DNA from: Lama guanicoe
Taxonomy: Eukaryota
Reading direction: 5' to 3'
Length of the DNA stretch: 64,000 nucleotides
Assembly (NCBI GenBank): GCA_013239625.1
Contig: MU053504.1
Location: 746,001-810,000, forward strand
Shown piece after piece: positions 34,911 to 47,288 of the stretch. The notes beneath the pieces are model-generated. The model did not search any database, was not told where the DNA came from, and was given only the letters and a program-made list of their open reading frames with translations. The first letter of the stretch is position 1. Every line of letters starts with the position of its first letter. The position numbers and the translations under genes were made by a program.

Positions 34911-35544
34911 CCGTATATGTACAAGATTATTTGTTGTAACATTATGATTACAAAAGATTATGAGCAAGTTAAAGTTTCATCAACAGAAGACTAATAGAAT
35001 AAGTATGAGATTCATACAATGGAATACTATGCAGCTGTTCAAAGGAATGAGGCAGCTCTCTGAATCGATATGGAACAAATCCCAGGAGACATTTTTAAGT
35101 GAAGCCAAGAGATGCCAAGAGTATATAGAAGAAGCTACTGATCCTATAAAATATCTGCATTTGTATAGACTTTCTGCTGGAGGATATGCAAGAAACATGA
35201 CAACAGCTGCCTCTCAGAAGGGGAACTGAGTGACAGGGGAACAAGAGTGGAAAGGAGACTTCTTTTTCAAGCTACTGTCTTTCCTATCTTTTGAATCATG
35301 CAAATGTGACATCTATTCAAAAATAAAAGCAAAATGAAAATCTCCTGTGCCTTTCGAATTCATTCTTTTATTTTTCTCTTCCCTAGATTTCAGAGAGATC
35401 CACCAGAACCACAAATAAGCCATGGGGGAGCCAGGCTGTATTTTCTCCCTCTCTCTTCCAGACTTGCCTCCACCATGTGCTAAGTGAAGCTTGTTTCTCT
35501 GGCTCCCTTGTTTGTCACCCTCATTGGGTCCGCACAGCTCTGCC

Positions 35545-35562
35545 GGCCACTGGAGGGCAGCA
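35545..35562 (+). promoter_or_regulatory. Candidate CTCF site
   Basis: GGCCACTGGAGGGCAGCA, close to the CCACTAGAGGGCAGCA variant. Confidence 0.5.
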
Positions 35563-36329
35563 TTAGGCTTCCTGCCTGGCGGGGAGCTGTTGGAGGGATT
35601 ATGGACTGCTCTGAAAAGCCAGGCTGGCTCCTACAGACCGAGTTTTCTGTCTTTCCATACTAAATAAAAATAAAAATAGTTTAAAAAAATAGAATAGAAA
35701 AAAAAATAAACGGTTTCAACTTAGGAGAAAAACATCCCAGAACCCCTCTCCGGACACCGGATCAGCCAGCCATTACCCTTCCCGTTTCCATGGAACTCTG
35801 TGCATATTCTGGGAGTTTGTAGGGGGGCGGGGCGTGGCTAGGGGAAGAGGAGAGAGATGACCAGAAGCTCCTTGCCTCCCACCTCCACCCGGCTCTATAA
35901 AACTATGTGGGAGACTTGCTTGTTAAGCTGCTGGAGACTAACAGTTCTGATACTCAGGAGACCTGAAGGGTTTGCCATTGACCCCATCCACTTGTGTGAC
36001 CTTGAACCTGTTCCACATCTGCAACTTTCAACTGGAAGTGGTGATCGTAATAGTGAATTAAGCACTTAATTTGTGACAATGACTGAACTAAGCACCCTAT
36101 GGACTGTTTCATCCCCTTTTACGGATGAGGAAGCTGTGGCCACAAGAGACAGAGTAACTTGCTCTCGGCTACCTAGCTGGCAAGTGCCGGAATAGGATTT
36201 GAATCCGGGTATCCAGGGCTCCTGAACGCCTTCTCTTACCACTTAACTTATTCTGCCTCCGAGGCTGGGAGGGATGGGACTTCAAAAGAGGTGACTGAGA
36301 AGAAGAGTTGGAAAGGGACACTGGAGCCC

Positions 36330-36990
36330 GCATGCACTTGGTCCCCTCCTGCGTGCCAGGCGCGCACCTACCAGGGAGGCTCCCAGGAGTCAGGCCTTGA
36401 ATCTGTTCGCGCCCCATCGGACGGATAGGGAAAGGATCCGCGCGGCCGCGGAGGAGCCGGCGGGGACCGAGACCCGGGCCGCCCCTTCGGCTCCTCCACC
36501 CCGCGGCTCCTGCGCCTCGGCACAGAGCCCAGCAGGGCCGGCAGGAGCGTGTCCCCGGGCCGGCGGCGTGGGGGTGGGTCTGCGGGGCCGCCGGAGGGCT
36601 CGATGCACCCCCAAACCGGCCCTCTCAGCAAACAGAGTTCCTGTTCTCATGCAAACGCCTTTGCTCGTGCACCGGAACGAGGGGACGGAACGCGGGGACG
36701 GAACGCTTTCCCGCGATCGCTCCTGTCGCTTGAAAGACAAACGCGCTGGGGACCAAAACGCCGGCGCCGCGGAAACCGGCGCTGCGCTCGGAGCGTGTCT
36801 GGGCCGGCCTGCGGGAGCGCGGCGGGCTGGTCCCCGCGGGCCCTCGCTCCCGCCCTGCATCCCTGCCTCGGCTTCCCCGTGCGCGCGCGGAGATGTGCGG
36901 AAGGGCTCGGCCCGCCGGGGCTCGCGCCTTGCCGGCATCGGTTTCTCCAGACACTGGGGGACCGACAAGGAGGCTGCTGTGGGGGCCGTT
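36330..36990. promoter_or_regulatory. CpG island (orphan; no coding exon attached)
   Basis: About 650 bp, very GC-rich with dense CpG (cgcggccgcgg, gcgcgcgcgg), in an otherwise CpG-depleted window. Confidence 0.85.
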
Positions 36991-39029
36991 TGCCTTTCAG
37001 AGAGAGAAGGGAGACAATAAAGAAGTAAAGAAATAAAATAGACAAGATAATGTCAACTAGCAAGTGTTAAAACAAGGACAAACACAAATATACGGCTAGT
37101 GGCAGGCTTCTGTTCTAAATGCTGTGAGTCTGTACGTTTCCTCTCTAATCTCACAGCGGACCTCTGAGATGGATTGATTACCACTCCCTTTCACAGTTAG
37201 GAAAGTGGAAGTTGAATTAACTATTCAAGGAAAATGAGAAGTTGAATAATATATTCATGGGAAAATGGGCTGAACGATTTACTCAAGGGTCCAGTTGGAG
37301 ACCAGCTTTGGACTCAGTCCTGCTCCAAGTGTGGCCTCTTAGCCCTCCATCTTCCTCTGCTGGCCCTGCTAAAAAGGGTAGAAAATGGGAACATTGTAAA
37401 GAGAGTGCTGGGCTAGAGGAGGGCTGTTCCCAAAAGGGTGTCCCAGGACATCTCTATGTCATGGGGCCGTAGCTGGGCTCTCCAGGCAGACAGGACAGTG
37501 AGGGCCAAGGCCTGGAAGTCGGAGGAGTGGACTCCTATTTCCCAAACACAAGGAAGGTCAAGGGGGCTGCAGCTCAGTGGGCAGGAGTGGTGCTAAGCGA
37601 GGAGACTATGGGCGGCCAGAGGGCAGGGGTCTGCAGCTCTCGGCAAGGAGCTGGGATTTTATTCCATGTCCAGGTACTGCTGTTACAGCTGCTGAAGTTT
37701 CATGCGGATAATGGACCAGCTGGTAGAGGCCCTTCCTGCTCTGCCAGGCTTGGGTTGCAGAAGGAAGTTGATCACTCAGGTCTTGAACACGCCCCCTGGC
37801 ATCTGATCACCTGGCCTCTAGGAGATTCATGTTGACATTCACCAAGTCCCTGGCCCTTGGTCTCCAACACAAACCTGGAGGTATCAGATCAGCTACCTCC
37901 TCATCTTACGGGTAGGGGTTAGACTGACGCCCAGGCTGCAGGTGTGGGCACGGATGGTGTTTGTTTCATATACTGATATATGCCCTCCAGCACGGCCTTA
38001 GATTCAGGCAAGGAAAATTCTGCCTTGGTACCTGGTTCTCATTCTTTAAAAGGCCTCTCTCTGGTCCCCTCCAGCTGCATACGCCCCCACAGGGCCAAGA
38101 AGACATAGCCAACCAAGACTTTGCCCCCTTTCTAGACATACTCTGGGGTCCCAGGATCCCCACGTTCCCTGCTTCCAGGACCAGTGTAGGCTGGTTCCAG
38201 TTTTGTTTTTGGAGGCAGAACACTAGGCCCAGGATGTGGCCAAAGGGCAGCGTGGAGTGTGGGGTGGAGGGAGCTTGGATGGGTAGCCTGGGGTGCATGT
38301 GGGTGTGCAGAGTGTGGTGTGGCGCTGGGGATGAGAAGGGAGGGGCTGGCTCCGCCCACCACCACTCTAGTGGTGATGTCTCAGTGCAGATGTCTGAGGA
38401 GCCTGAGGTTTCCAAATTGAGGCCTTCCAGGTTGTTACGAAATTATGCTCACTGAGAAGAAGGATAGAACATTTTAAAAACAATGTATGAGCTTGTCATA
38501 TAACGTTTAAATATTTAGATTTGGGGGGGCAAGTGGGCCCCAGGCCCCGCCAATATCGGAAGAAATTGGTCTGGCCTAGAACAGAGGAGAAATTCAGTAT
38601 TTATCAAATAGATGGATTAATCTCATTTAATTCTCACACAGACTCTACAAGGCAAGTAGCATCCTCTGTGTTTTACTGATGAGGAAACTAGGCATGGAGA
38701 GACTTCGTGAGGGCCCCAGCTCTTCGCATACTTCAGAAGTAGCAGAGCTGAACCTCATACCCTAATGCATCTGATTCCAGAATCCTTTGTAATTGGTTCA
38801 TTTCCCAATTCACACCCATCATGAACACATTAGATACATTATAGCAGCTTACACACATCACCTGTTGGTTTTGTTGCGTACAAGCACTGTTTATATTACA
38901 TGAAAAAGGCCCTCTCCTGTTGATTTTTACTGTATCTCCTCTCAGGCACTTTGGGAGGTAACAGAGCCAGAGCTTATGTTCCATTTAACAATTGTGGGGA
39001 AACTGAGGTCTTGAACAATAGTCCAAGGC

Positions 39030-39990
39030 ATCAGCAAGGCTTAAACAAATAGAATTTACTTTTCTTGTATAACAAGAAATCTAGAGGTGGTCAGACCAGA
39101 GGTGGTATAATTGGTGCACGTTCTCAGCAAATAGCTTGGTCTGTTCTGGCTATTTCTGGCTCTATAACAAACAACCCCCCAAACAAAAACCTTTTATTAT
39201 TTTCTATAGTTTTGTGGGTCAGAAATTTGGGCAGAGCTCAGCTGGGTGACCCTTCTGATCTATAGGCATCAGCTAGTCACTTGGTCATATTCAGCTGATG
39301 GTTGAGTGCATCTGGAGGACCAAGATGGCTTTACTGGGATGCCTGGTGCTTTGGTGGGGATGACGGCAATGCTGACCTCAGCTGGGCCCCTCTCCCTTTC
39401 CATGTAGTCTCAGGGCCTCCTCAGGTGGTCTCTCCAGCAGAGTGGTTTGACATTCTTCATGGCAGCTCATGGACCCAAGAGGCCATGGCAGAAGCTGGCA
39501 GTCCTCTTCAGGGCAAGGTCCAGAACTGGCAGTTCATCATTTCCACTATTCTCTTTTGGTCCAAGAAGTCACAGGCCAGCCCAGAATCAAGTGAAGAGGA
39601 AATAGACTCTTTGAAATAAACTCTTCTCAAAGGAAGGGGGTCAAAGAGTCTGTAGCTGTCTTTAATTCCTACATGGTCCAAAATGGCTGCTTGAGATCCA
39701 GTCATCACATCTCAAATTCTAGCCAGCAAAGAGGAAGGGAGAAATAATGTGTATGCCCTCCCTTTTAAGACATTCTCTAGAAGTCACATAAAACATTTCT
39801 CTTTGGCAGGAACTCATGTGGCCATACCTAGAATATGAAAGGGAAGCTGGGAACTGTAGTCTTCGTTCCAGGCTGCCATGTGCCCAGCTGAAATTAGGGA
39901 TATTATTGACTAAGGAAGAAAGGGAGAGTGAATATTGAGGAAACACTAGAAATCTGTTCCACTATTGGATTTTTTGCTACCGACAACCAA
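39030..39990. mobile_element. MaLR/MLT1-like LTR relics
   Basis: ggcttaaacaa, tgtgggtcagaaatttgggcag, aagtcacaggccagcccaga and gggaagctgggaactgtagtc motifs. Confidence 0.55.
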
Positions 39991-42229
39991 ACACATTCCC
40001 AATGGGCATGTTTCATTTTCAGTCTTGTTCCTCCTAATACATCCTTCACATTATCACCAAAATAATGTTTTCTTCTTAATTTATTTTTATGTTTCTAAAA
40101 GTTAAATCTTTTCATCATTCCTATGCCAATAGCAAGTGTCTGAAGATTTTTGTGTGGGGGCCAAGGGATTTTCATGCCTAAAATAATAATGACAGCATTT
40201 GCCACATACCAGGCATGGTACCAAGCACGATATGAACAGATCTTTCCCCATCCTCACAGTAACGAAAAGAAAGAGGATCATACATGAGGAAATGGAATCC
40301 CAGAGAGGTTAAGTGACTTGCCCCAGGTCACACAGTGAGTAGGTGCAAGATAGAGATTCAGATCCTTGTCTGTCAGATTCCAGGGATGTGCTGAGGAACC
40401 CACTCATGTGAAGCCCAGGGACTGTTGACTGGTAACCACCCTGAAGCTCGGGCAAGGCTCTGCTTGCTGTGTGAGTGTTAAAAGAGGCAAATGTGAGCCC
40501 AGAGGGGACAGTTACTCCTTCCCTGTAATCCTTCAATGGGGAGGGGAGCCTGCATCAAGCCCCAGGTTCAGGCAGGCATACAGAACTTCATGGAATGAAT
40601 GGAATTCTTGTCATTCCATTTCCTTTACACCCTGAATGAACCCCCTAGGAAACTTTGCAGAATTGGCTAATTATTAAGCAATGATCAGGGTTGCAGACCC
40701 AATTAAATGAGGCACCTTGCAGCTCTGAGGTTCTCTGTTCTGACCCCAGGTTCTTCTTCCCTCTACTTTACCCTGTTCAAGAACTTACAGTGGCTCCCCA
40801 TCCCCTTGGATTCAGTTTTGCCCTGCAAGAGGGATGGAGGAGGGGAAAGGGACAAACAGATCAGCGTTCAAATCCTGATTCCATCTTTTCGCTGAGTCAC
40901 AGTTTCTGCATCTGTCAAATGGGAGAAATGATCCCTCATCTGCTAACGCATCCAGGTGTTGAGGACCACATAGGATAAGGGATGGGAACCTCCTATGCGG
41001 ACCAGAGCCAGTGAGGGATACAGTCCCCACTTTAGCAGATAGCATCCTTGAAGGGCAGGGACAGCTGGAGGGCTGGGGTCAGGGAGAGTAATGTACCTTC
41101 CGGGGGGGGGGGGCTCCTGCCCACAGCCTTGCAGAAGAAGCGGCCAAGGGTGGGCGTTTATACCTAGATGCCCTGCCAGGGGGGCACAGTGACTCAGAGC
41201 AATGGTTCTGAAGCCAGACAAACCCGTGCTGAATCTTGGCTCCATCCCCTACTAGCTGAGGGACTCTACAACAAGTCAGCTAACTTCTCTGTGCCTCCAT
41301 TTCCACATCTGTATGATGGGACTGAAAAGACAACCTGTGTCCTGGGGATTTTGTGAAGAACTGAATGAGAATGTGTATGTCTTTAAAGCCCCCAACTTAG
41401 TGCAGATAAACTGTCCCCCCTACAGCAGTGGCAACAGTGATGAACGCTTTTCGAGCACTAATTAAATACTGTGCTATGTGTTTCATTGATCAGCTTACAT
41501 ACTCCTTCTCACCACAACCCAGAGATGTAGTTAACATTATTACTCTCCACTTGTAGTGATGGAGATACAGAGATGTCACTTTTAGGGGTTATTTGCCCTA
41601 GCCTCTTTCCTTCTTCAAAATGGGGTGATAGCGCTTCCCTTGGGGCCCAGGGGAGGACATGAGGCATGTCTGTAGCAGATGTTAGCGGGAACTCTCAGCA
41701 GGCAACCTGTCTCTGGTTAGATTGTAAACTCCTAGAAAGCAGGGGCCAAGATTGTTTTCCTTACGGTCCTGTCGGGACAAAGCAGAAATGAAATGTTTGC
41801 ATCTGAAACCATTTTACCTGATGGCCTCCAGGCAGGTTTCAGGAGCTCCACAGAGGTAGGGTCCATGGCTGCCAGATACTCCTCCCCTCTCCTCCCCGGG
41901 GCCTTTGCATTCACTGCTCCCTTGGCCTGGGGTGCTCCTCCCCCACAGCTCCCTCCCTCATCTTGGTTGGGTCACCTGGCAGAGAGGCAGTCCCTGGGCA
42001 CCATATTAACAGTTGCCACCCACCCCCGTCTCCTCTCCCGCTTTATGTCTCTCTGTAGCACTGCATGAGAGCTGACGTGCTGTGTATTTTACTTCTTGTG
42101 ATTGTCTGTCTCCTGCACTAGAGTGTACGCTGCCTGTGGGGAGGCATCTTCGTCCATCGTGCTTACCACTGTGTCCCCATGATCTAGAACACAACATCTG
42201 GCACACAGTAGGTGCTCAGTGAGGCATTG

Positions 42230-43068
42230 TCACATGAACAAAGAAGCACACAGCAGAGGACTTCCTGGAGACAGCCTAACCCAGTTCCCACTCCCCCGAC
42301 GATCCCCTGAGTGTCCCCAGGCTAGTCCTCTCACTTCTTTGATCCTGAAAGAATAGCAAACGAAAAACATGGCTTCCCTGGTGCTAAAGCTGATTGCTGA
42401 TTTATTCTGACTTAAAATTCTTGCAACTTGTTTTTCTCTTTTCTGTGACAAACCCCAGTCTCTGTTTCACTTGCTCAACTGCTTTTGTGCTAAACACCCT
42501 CTAACTTTTCCATTACACTCTCCACTCCCACTCCCTATACATTCTTTTGTTTTGTTTTTTTTTATGTAGGGGAGGTAATTAGGTTTATTCATTTATTTAT
42601 GTTTGGAGGAGGTACTGGGGATTGAACCCAGGACCTTGTGCACGTTAAGCATGCACCCTACCGCTTGAGCTATGCCCTCCCCGTCCCCCTTCCCTATACA
42701 TTCTTTACCCAGAATAGCATATCCTTTAATCCAGAAGCTGTATTTCAGAAAGGTGGGCACGGGCTGATAGCCGCAGAAGAATGAACAGACCCTCTGGAAT
42801 TTCTCCGCAGGTGGATTCATCATGATTAAGGGGAATTCAGCATCCTGGAAAATGCCCCAAGTGTTGTCACCTTTCTGTTCCATCCGGTTTTTCTATAAAA
42901 CCTCAGGACCCAACCCCAAGATGGATTCACACTCTCTGAGGCATGAGCCTGCTGTGGCTCCCCTGTTCCTGGCAAAGCAGTAAAGCTGCTCTTTTCTAAT
43001 TCTCCCTGAACTGTGCCTCCAAGTCTCAGTTTGGCCATTGGGGTACAGATGCCAGTTTTTTGGCAACA
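42230..43068 (+). mobile_element. Solo ERV LTR-like element containing a SINE insertion
   Basis: TATA (ctataaaa, about 42893), AGTAAA signal (about 42980), ends ..ggcaaca. The 5' boundary is uncertain. Confidence 0.45.
42548..42682 (-). mobile_element. tRNA-Ala-derived SINE (Vic-1 type) with target-site duplication
   Basis: Same consensus on the minus strand; tccctatacattcttt occurs at 42532-42547 and 42691-42706. Confidence 0.85.
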
Positions 43069-43639
43069 ATCCTTTTAGGGGTAGCCCTGTCCCAAAACGT
43101 GAGAGCCAAGGAACTAGTCAAAGAGAAATTATTCCAAGTAGGTGGGGATTTCTTTTAAAATATAACGTTTTTTCCCCCTTAATACAAAAGTCCTTGTGTC
43201 CCAGCTGTCAGCTCTCCTGTCAAAGCTTGTCCGACCCTGCCAGCATGACGCTGGGGTCTGCGCTCCAGCCGAGGATCCGCTGTCACAGAACCACAGGTGA
43301 GCACTGCGGGCTTCCTGGGAGGCGCCCAGGGAAGCTGGGGCACCTGGTCTCCCCACGGCACATACCTCAGCCCCAACAGGAGGACCTCCACGTTGATAGC
43401 TGATGAGACTGTAACAGGTAAAGTGGTCATCATACTAGGCTCTCTACTTTTCTGTATTTGAAAAGTTTCTTTAAAACCCCTCCAAAAATGGAGTGTTTTC
43501 TCTGAAGTTCCTTCTTTCCACATCCTCCAAGGACTTCCTACTCCCCCCCAACCCCCCGACACCCCCACAGCCACCCCACAACTTCTCTCTTCCCTTCCCC
43601 TCTGGTTTGATGAGAAAGCATTTTAGCTCCACTTACCAG

Positions 43640-43812
43640 CTGCCTGTTGGCGCACTGGCATCATCTGGGGATGCTTAAAAACCTTTAACATCCAGCTGTC
43701 CCCCCAAGTCCCTGAGATTTGGAAGCAAGTGGTCTGGGGTGCGGGTGCTGGACACTGAGTGTTGATAAATGCCTCCCAGGTGATTCTGGCGTTAGCCAGA
43801 GTTGAGCCACCA
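43640..43812. mobile_element. MER5-like DNA transposon relic
   Basis: catcatctgggga..cttaaaa..ggtctggggtg..cccaggtgattctg..gccagagttgag. Confidence 0.55.
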
Positions 43813-45371
43813 TCTTGTCAACCCAGGCCCTTCCCTGATTCTTTGCTGCCCCCAGGGGCCTCCTATTAACAGGATTCAGCCTCCTTGGAAGGCAGTTTAG
43901 CAAGAGCTTTTGATACCTCAGCCTCCACATCCCCCTTTGGGGGTCCCATCACACCTGCCTAAGTGACTAGAGGAGTTGTTTCTTCCAGGGTGTCCACCTG
44001 GGTGACATTCTTCCCATCACCTTATGCAACTTGGGTTCACATCATCATTGTCACCATTTGGAAAGCACAGAGAAGCACCCAGGAGCTGACCACACCCCCA
44101 CTTCAGGCCCAGGAATTCTCGAATAGAAAGGATCCATTGTCACTGAGTCACTTTAAAGGAACAGCAGAAAAAACACATTCAAAGGGCCCTGCGATAATGA
44201 GTATGCTAATGTGATTTCCGTTGGGTGCCTGTGCTACCTCCAAAAACCGACCTTCCTCATGGATTCAAAGCTTCCATTGAAGTCGACGGGGGATTTGGGT
44301 TAAAATAACATCAAAGTCTTCACTTACATGGACAAAACCGGTGAGTTATGAATTAGGGGTGAGCTTCACATTGGCCCTGACACTGCTGACCTTGAGGGGA
44401 AAATGCGGCCCTGGTAGGTTGTGAGCACAACTTCTGGCCAGGCGGCTGGTGCCTTTGGGGTAACTGGGCCAGCAAGTGTTAAATGAGGTCCCTTTTAAAT
44501 GAAAATCCCAGCTCTCCACTCACTAGCTGGGTGACCTTAGGCAGGGCACATCGTTCCTCTGATTGAACCTCAATTTCCCCATCTGTAAAATGGCCTGGAT
44601 GAAACCTACCTTGCAGAGTTGCTTCCAAGACCAAAGAAGAAATCTGTATGTGAGAAGAGTCGGTTGTGAACAAAATGGATGAACTGTGCTCTCAGTGGAG
44701 CTGTCCTTCTAGCTGGGGAGCCAGACACCAAACACAGAACCAGGTAGATAATAAGTAAGCAGTGATAAATGCTCAGGAGAAAGAGAAGAAGAGAAATCTT
44801 TAAGGAAAAGGGCAGAGCTTTAGAATCAGACAGACCCAAATTCAAACCCCAGCGTGTCCCTTGCTGGTTGTGTAACTTTTGAGAAAATGATTTTATCTGC
44901 CTGACGCGTTTCTCAGGATCAATGATCCATTGATCATTCATCCGCCCGTTGAACAAATATTTATAGAGTTCTGGCTAGTGTCAAGCATTCTTTTGAGGGC
45001 TGGGTGGGGACACAGTGAATAAAACAGACAAAAACCCTTGCCCTTGGGAACTTAAACTCTAGAGGAGAGAAACAGCCACCGCACAAACACATACATGCAG
45101 GCAATGAAGGAAAATAAAACCAGGTAAGCGGGTGGAGAGTGATAGAGAAGGTGCTATTTTGTGTAGGGGGTTGGGGAACGCCTCTGTGAGGTGACATTGA
45201 AAGACACAGGGGAGTTGCCTGTGTGGGCATCTGGAGGAAGGGCATTCCTAGTCAGTGCAAAGGCCCTGAGGCAGGACAGTGCATGAGAAGACTGGAGAAC
45301 CAGAGACATGGTATGTGAAGCCAGGCATAGGGCCTGGCTCTGAGTAGGACGTCAATAGATGGCAGGGTTGG

Positions 45372-45468
45372 TTTTTTTGTTTGTTTTTTTGAATGGAGGT
45401 ACTAGGGATTGAACCCAGGACCTTGTGCACGTTAAGCATGCACTCTACTACTGAACTATACCCTCCCC
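45372..45468 (-). mobile_element. tRNA-Ala-derived SINE (Vic-1 type)
   Basis: Minus strand GGGGAGGGTATAGTTCAGTAGTAGAGTGCATGCTTAACGTGCACAAGGTCCTGGGTTCAATCCC with an A-tail. Confidence 0.85.
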
Positions 45469-46353
45469 ACCAATAGCAGTTATTATCTGTGTCCCTTTCA
45501 CGAAAAAATAGGGGGATACGTTGCTTTCTGCTATCATATAAGTTCTCGGGGGCTCTGTGGGTTGGTGACTTTTTCATTCACTTTTCTTCTCTTATTTTCT
45601 TAATGAAAACCGGCAAGTCAAACTCCTCAGTCCAACTGCCAGCCCACCTCTCTGTCTTCGTCCGAAGCCAACAGGAGCATCCAACGTGAGGTGGTGGCAC
45701 TGGGGGGTGAGGGTGGGGTGGAATGAATAATGCCCATTAGGTAATAAGGGCAGAATCTTGAATTTCTTTCCTCTCTGCAGTTTCACAGATTAGATGCCTT
45801 AGAAATACTGTGCCCGCCGCCAAGATGCACTTCCATCTGGGGTGGAAGGCAACATCTGCTAAACAGCTGCATCTTGTTTAAGAGCTGGTACTTAATTAAA
45901 TTACTTGGCTTTGGTAGGGGCAGGCGGAGCTGAGCCGCAAGGGGTAGGCCCAGTCACAAGCATATATTATAGCTCCCTGGACATCAACACGCTTCCAGCA
46001 CATGCCAAGCTCACCAAGTCTACCTCCTCACCTTTACTCAAGCTGTCCCCCTGCCAAGGACATTCTCCTGCCTGCCCGATTCCTCTGTGTCCTTTAAAAG
46101 GCCCAACTCAAACATCAACACGTCCTCCATGAGGCCTTTTCCAACTTCCCAGTTCCAACACATTTCCTCCCTTGAGCTCGCATGGTACTTGGTGCATTCC
46201 TTGACTGGAGCCTTCATACCACTACTTTGCAATGCTGTGTACCCTGCCATTCTGTGGGCTCCTTATGTTTGGGAATCATGTGTAACTCATTTTTGTAATC
46301 CCAGCATTATGCGTGACTCCCCATAGACATTTAATACATGTTTGGTTGATAGA

Positions 46354-46400
<47 letters not shown>

Positions 46401-46460
46401 ATAGTTGGGTGAATGGATGGTTGGATGGATGGAGTGTTCGATGGATTGATGGAGGGATGG
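46354..46460. repeat. (TGGC)n tetranucleotide repeat grading into degenerate (TGGA)n
   Basis: Directly visible. Confidence 0.9.
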
Positions 46461-47288
46461 AAGGAAAAGAGAGAGAAGAAAGAAGGGAGAAATGAATAGA
46501 TGGATTTACTGCCACCATCTAAATCCAAGACACCATCATTTCTCACTGGGACAAACATCAGTTTCTTACTAGTTTCTACTCTTACCCCCAGTAGTCCATT
46601 CTACTCAGAGCACTTAGGAATCTTTTAAAAACGGAATTCAAATCATATCACTCCCCTGTTTCAAACCTCTGAGTAACTTCCACATTCCTAGCTCTGGCCT
46701 ACAAACTCTTATAGTATCCAACTCCTTTATGCTCTTCTGGTCTCATCTCCTCATTTTCCTAAGTTCCAACTGTTTTAGGAACCAGCCAAGCTCTCTCTCT
46801 CACCTCAGGACCTTTGAATCTGCTGTTCCCTCTGCCTGGAACACACTTCCCCTGGCAGTCTGTGAGCCTGACATTCTCTTAGTCTTCAGATCCAGCTCTA
46901 ACACCACCTCCTCATTAAGAGAGGGCTTTCTTAATCTCCTCATTAAAATGTCCACCATCTTGGTCCCCAAAGGCAAGGGAAGTCTGATCCTGCTAACCAG
47001 GGCTTGGGCTGCTAAAATCCAGCTGGCTCCCCAGAGCATCAGCTCCCTTGGGGTGGTTCAGACCTCTCCCCAGGGGTAACCACAAGCTGCCTCTTCCCCC
47101 GAGGGCTCAGTCCCCCTCTTCATCAACTAAAGATCCTCTCATGAATGGGCTTGTCTGCAACTGCTGCAATTAAACCATCGGAGCAACATTGTACCATTTG
47201 TTTACTATGGCACTTAGTGCTGGAATGGCTTGTTGTTTTGATGGTTTCTATTTTCAGCTTCGTTTCCTAGGGGTAGCAGGGAAAGGGT

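Noticed and set aside
36390..37063. Long overlapping ORFs (up to 207 aa) on both strands
   Set aside because: Arg/Ala/Pro/Gly-rich, as expected from stop-codon scarcity in a CpG island; no recognisable domain.
43245..43296. ATG..ACAG|gtgagc resembling the end of a SIRP leader exon
   Set aside because: The peptide MTLGSALQPRIRCHRTT is not hydrophobic, and no plus-strand Ig exon follows in the window.
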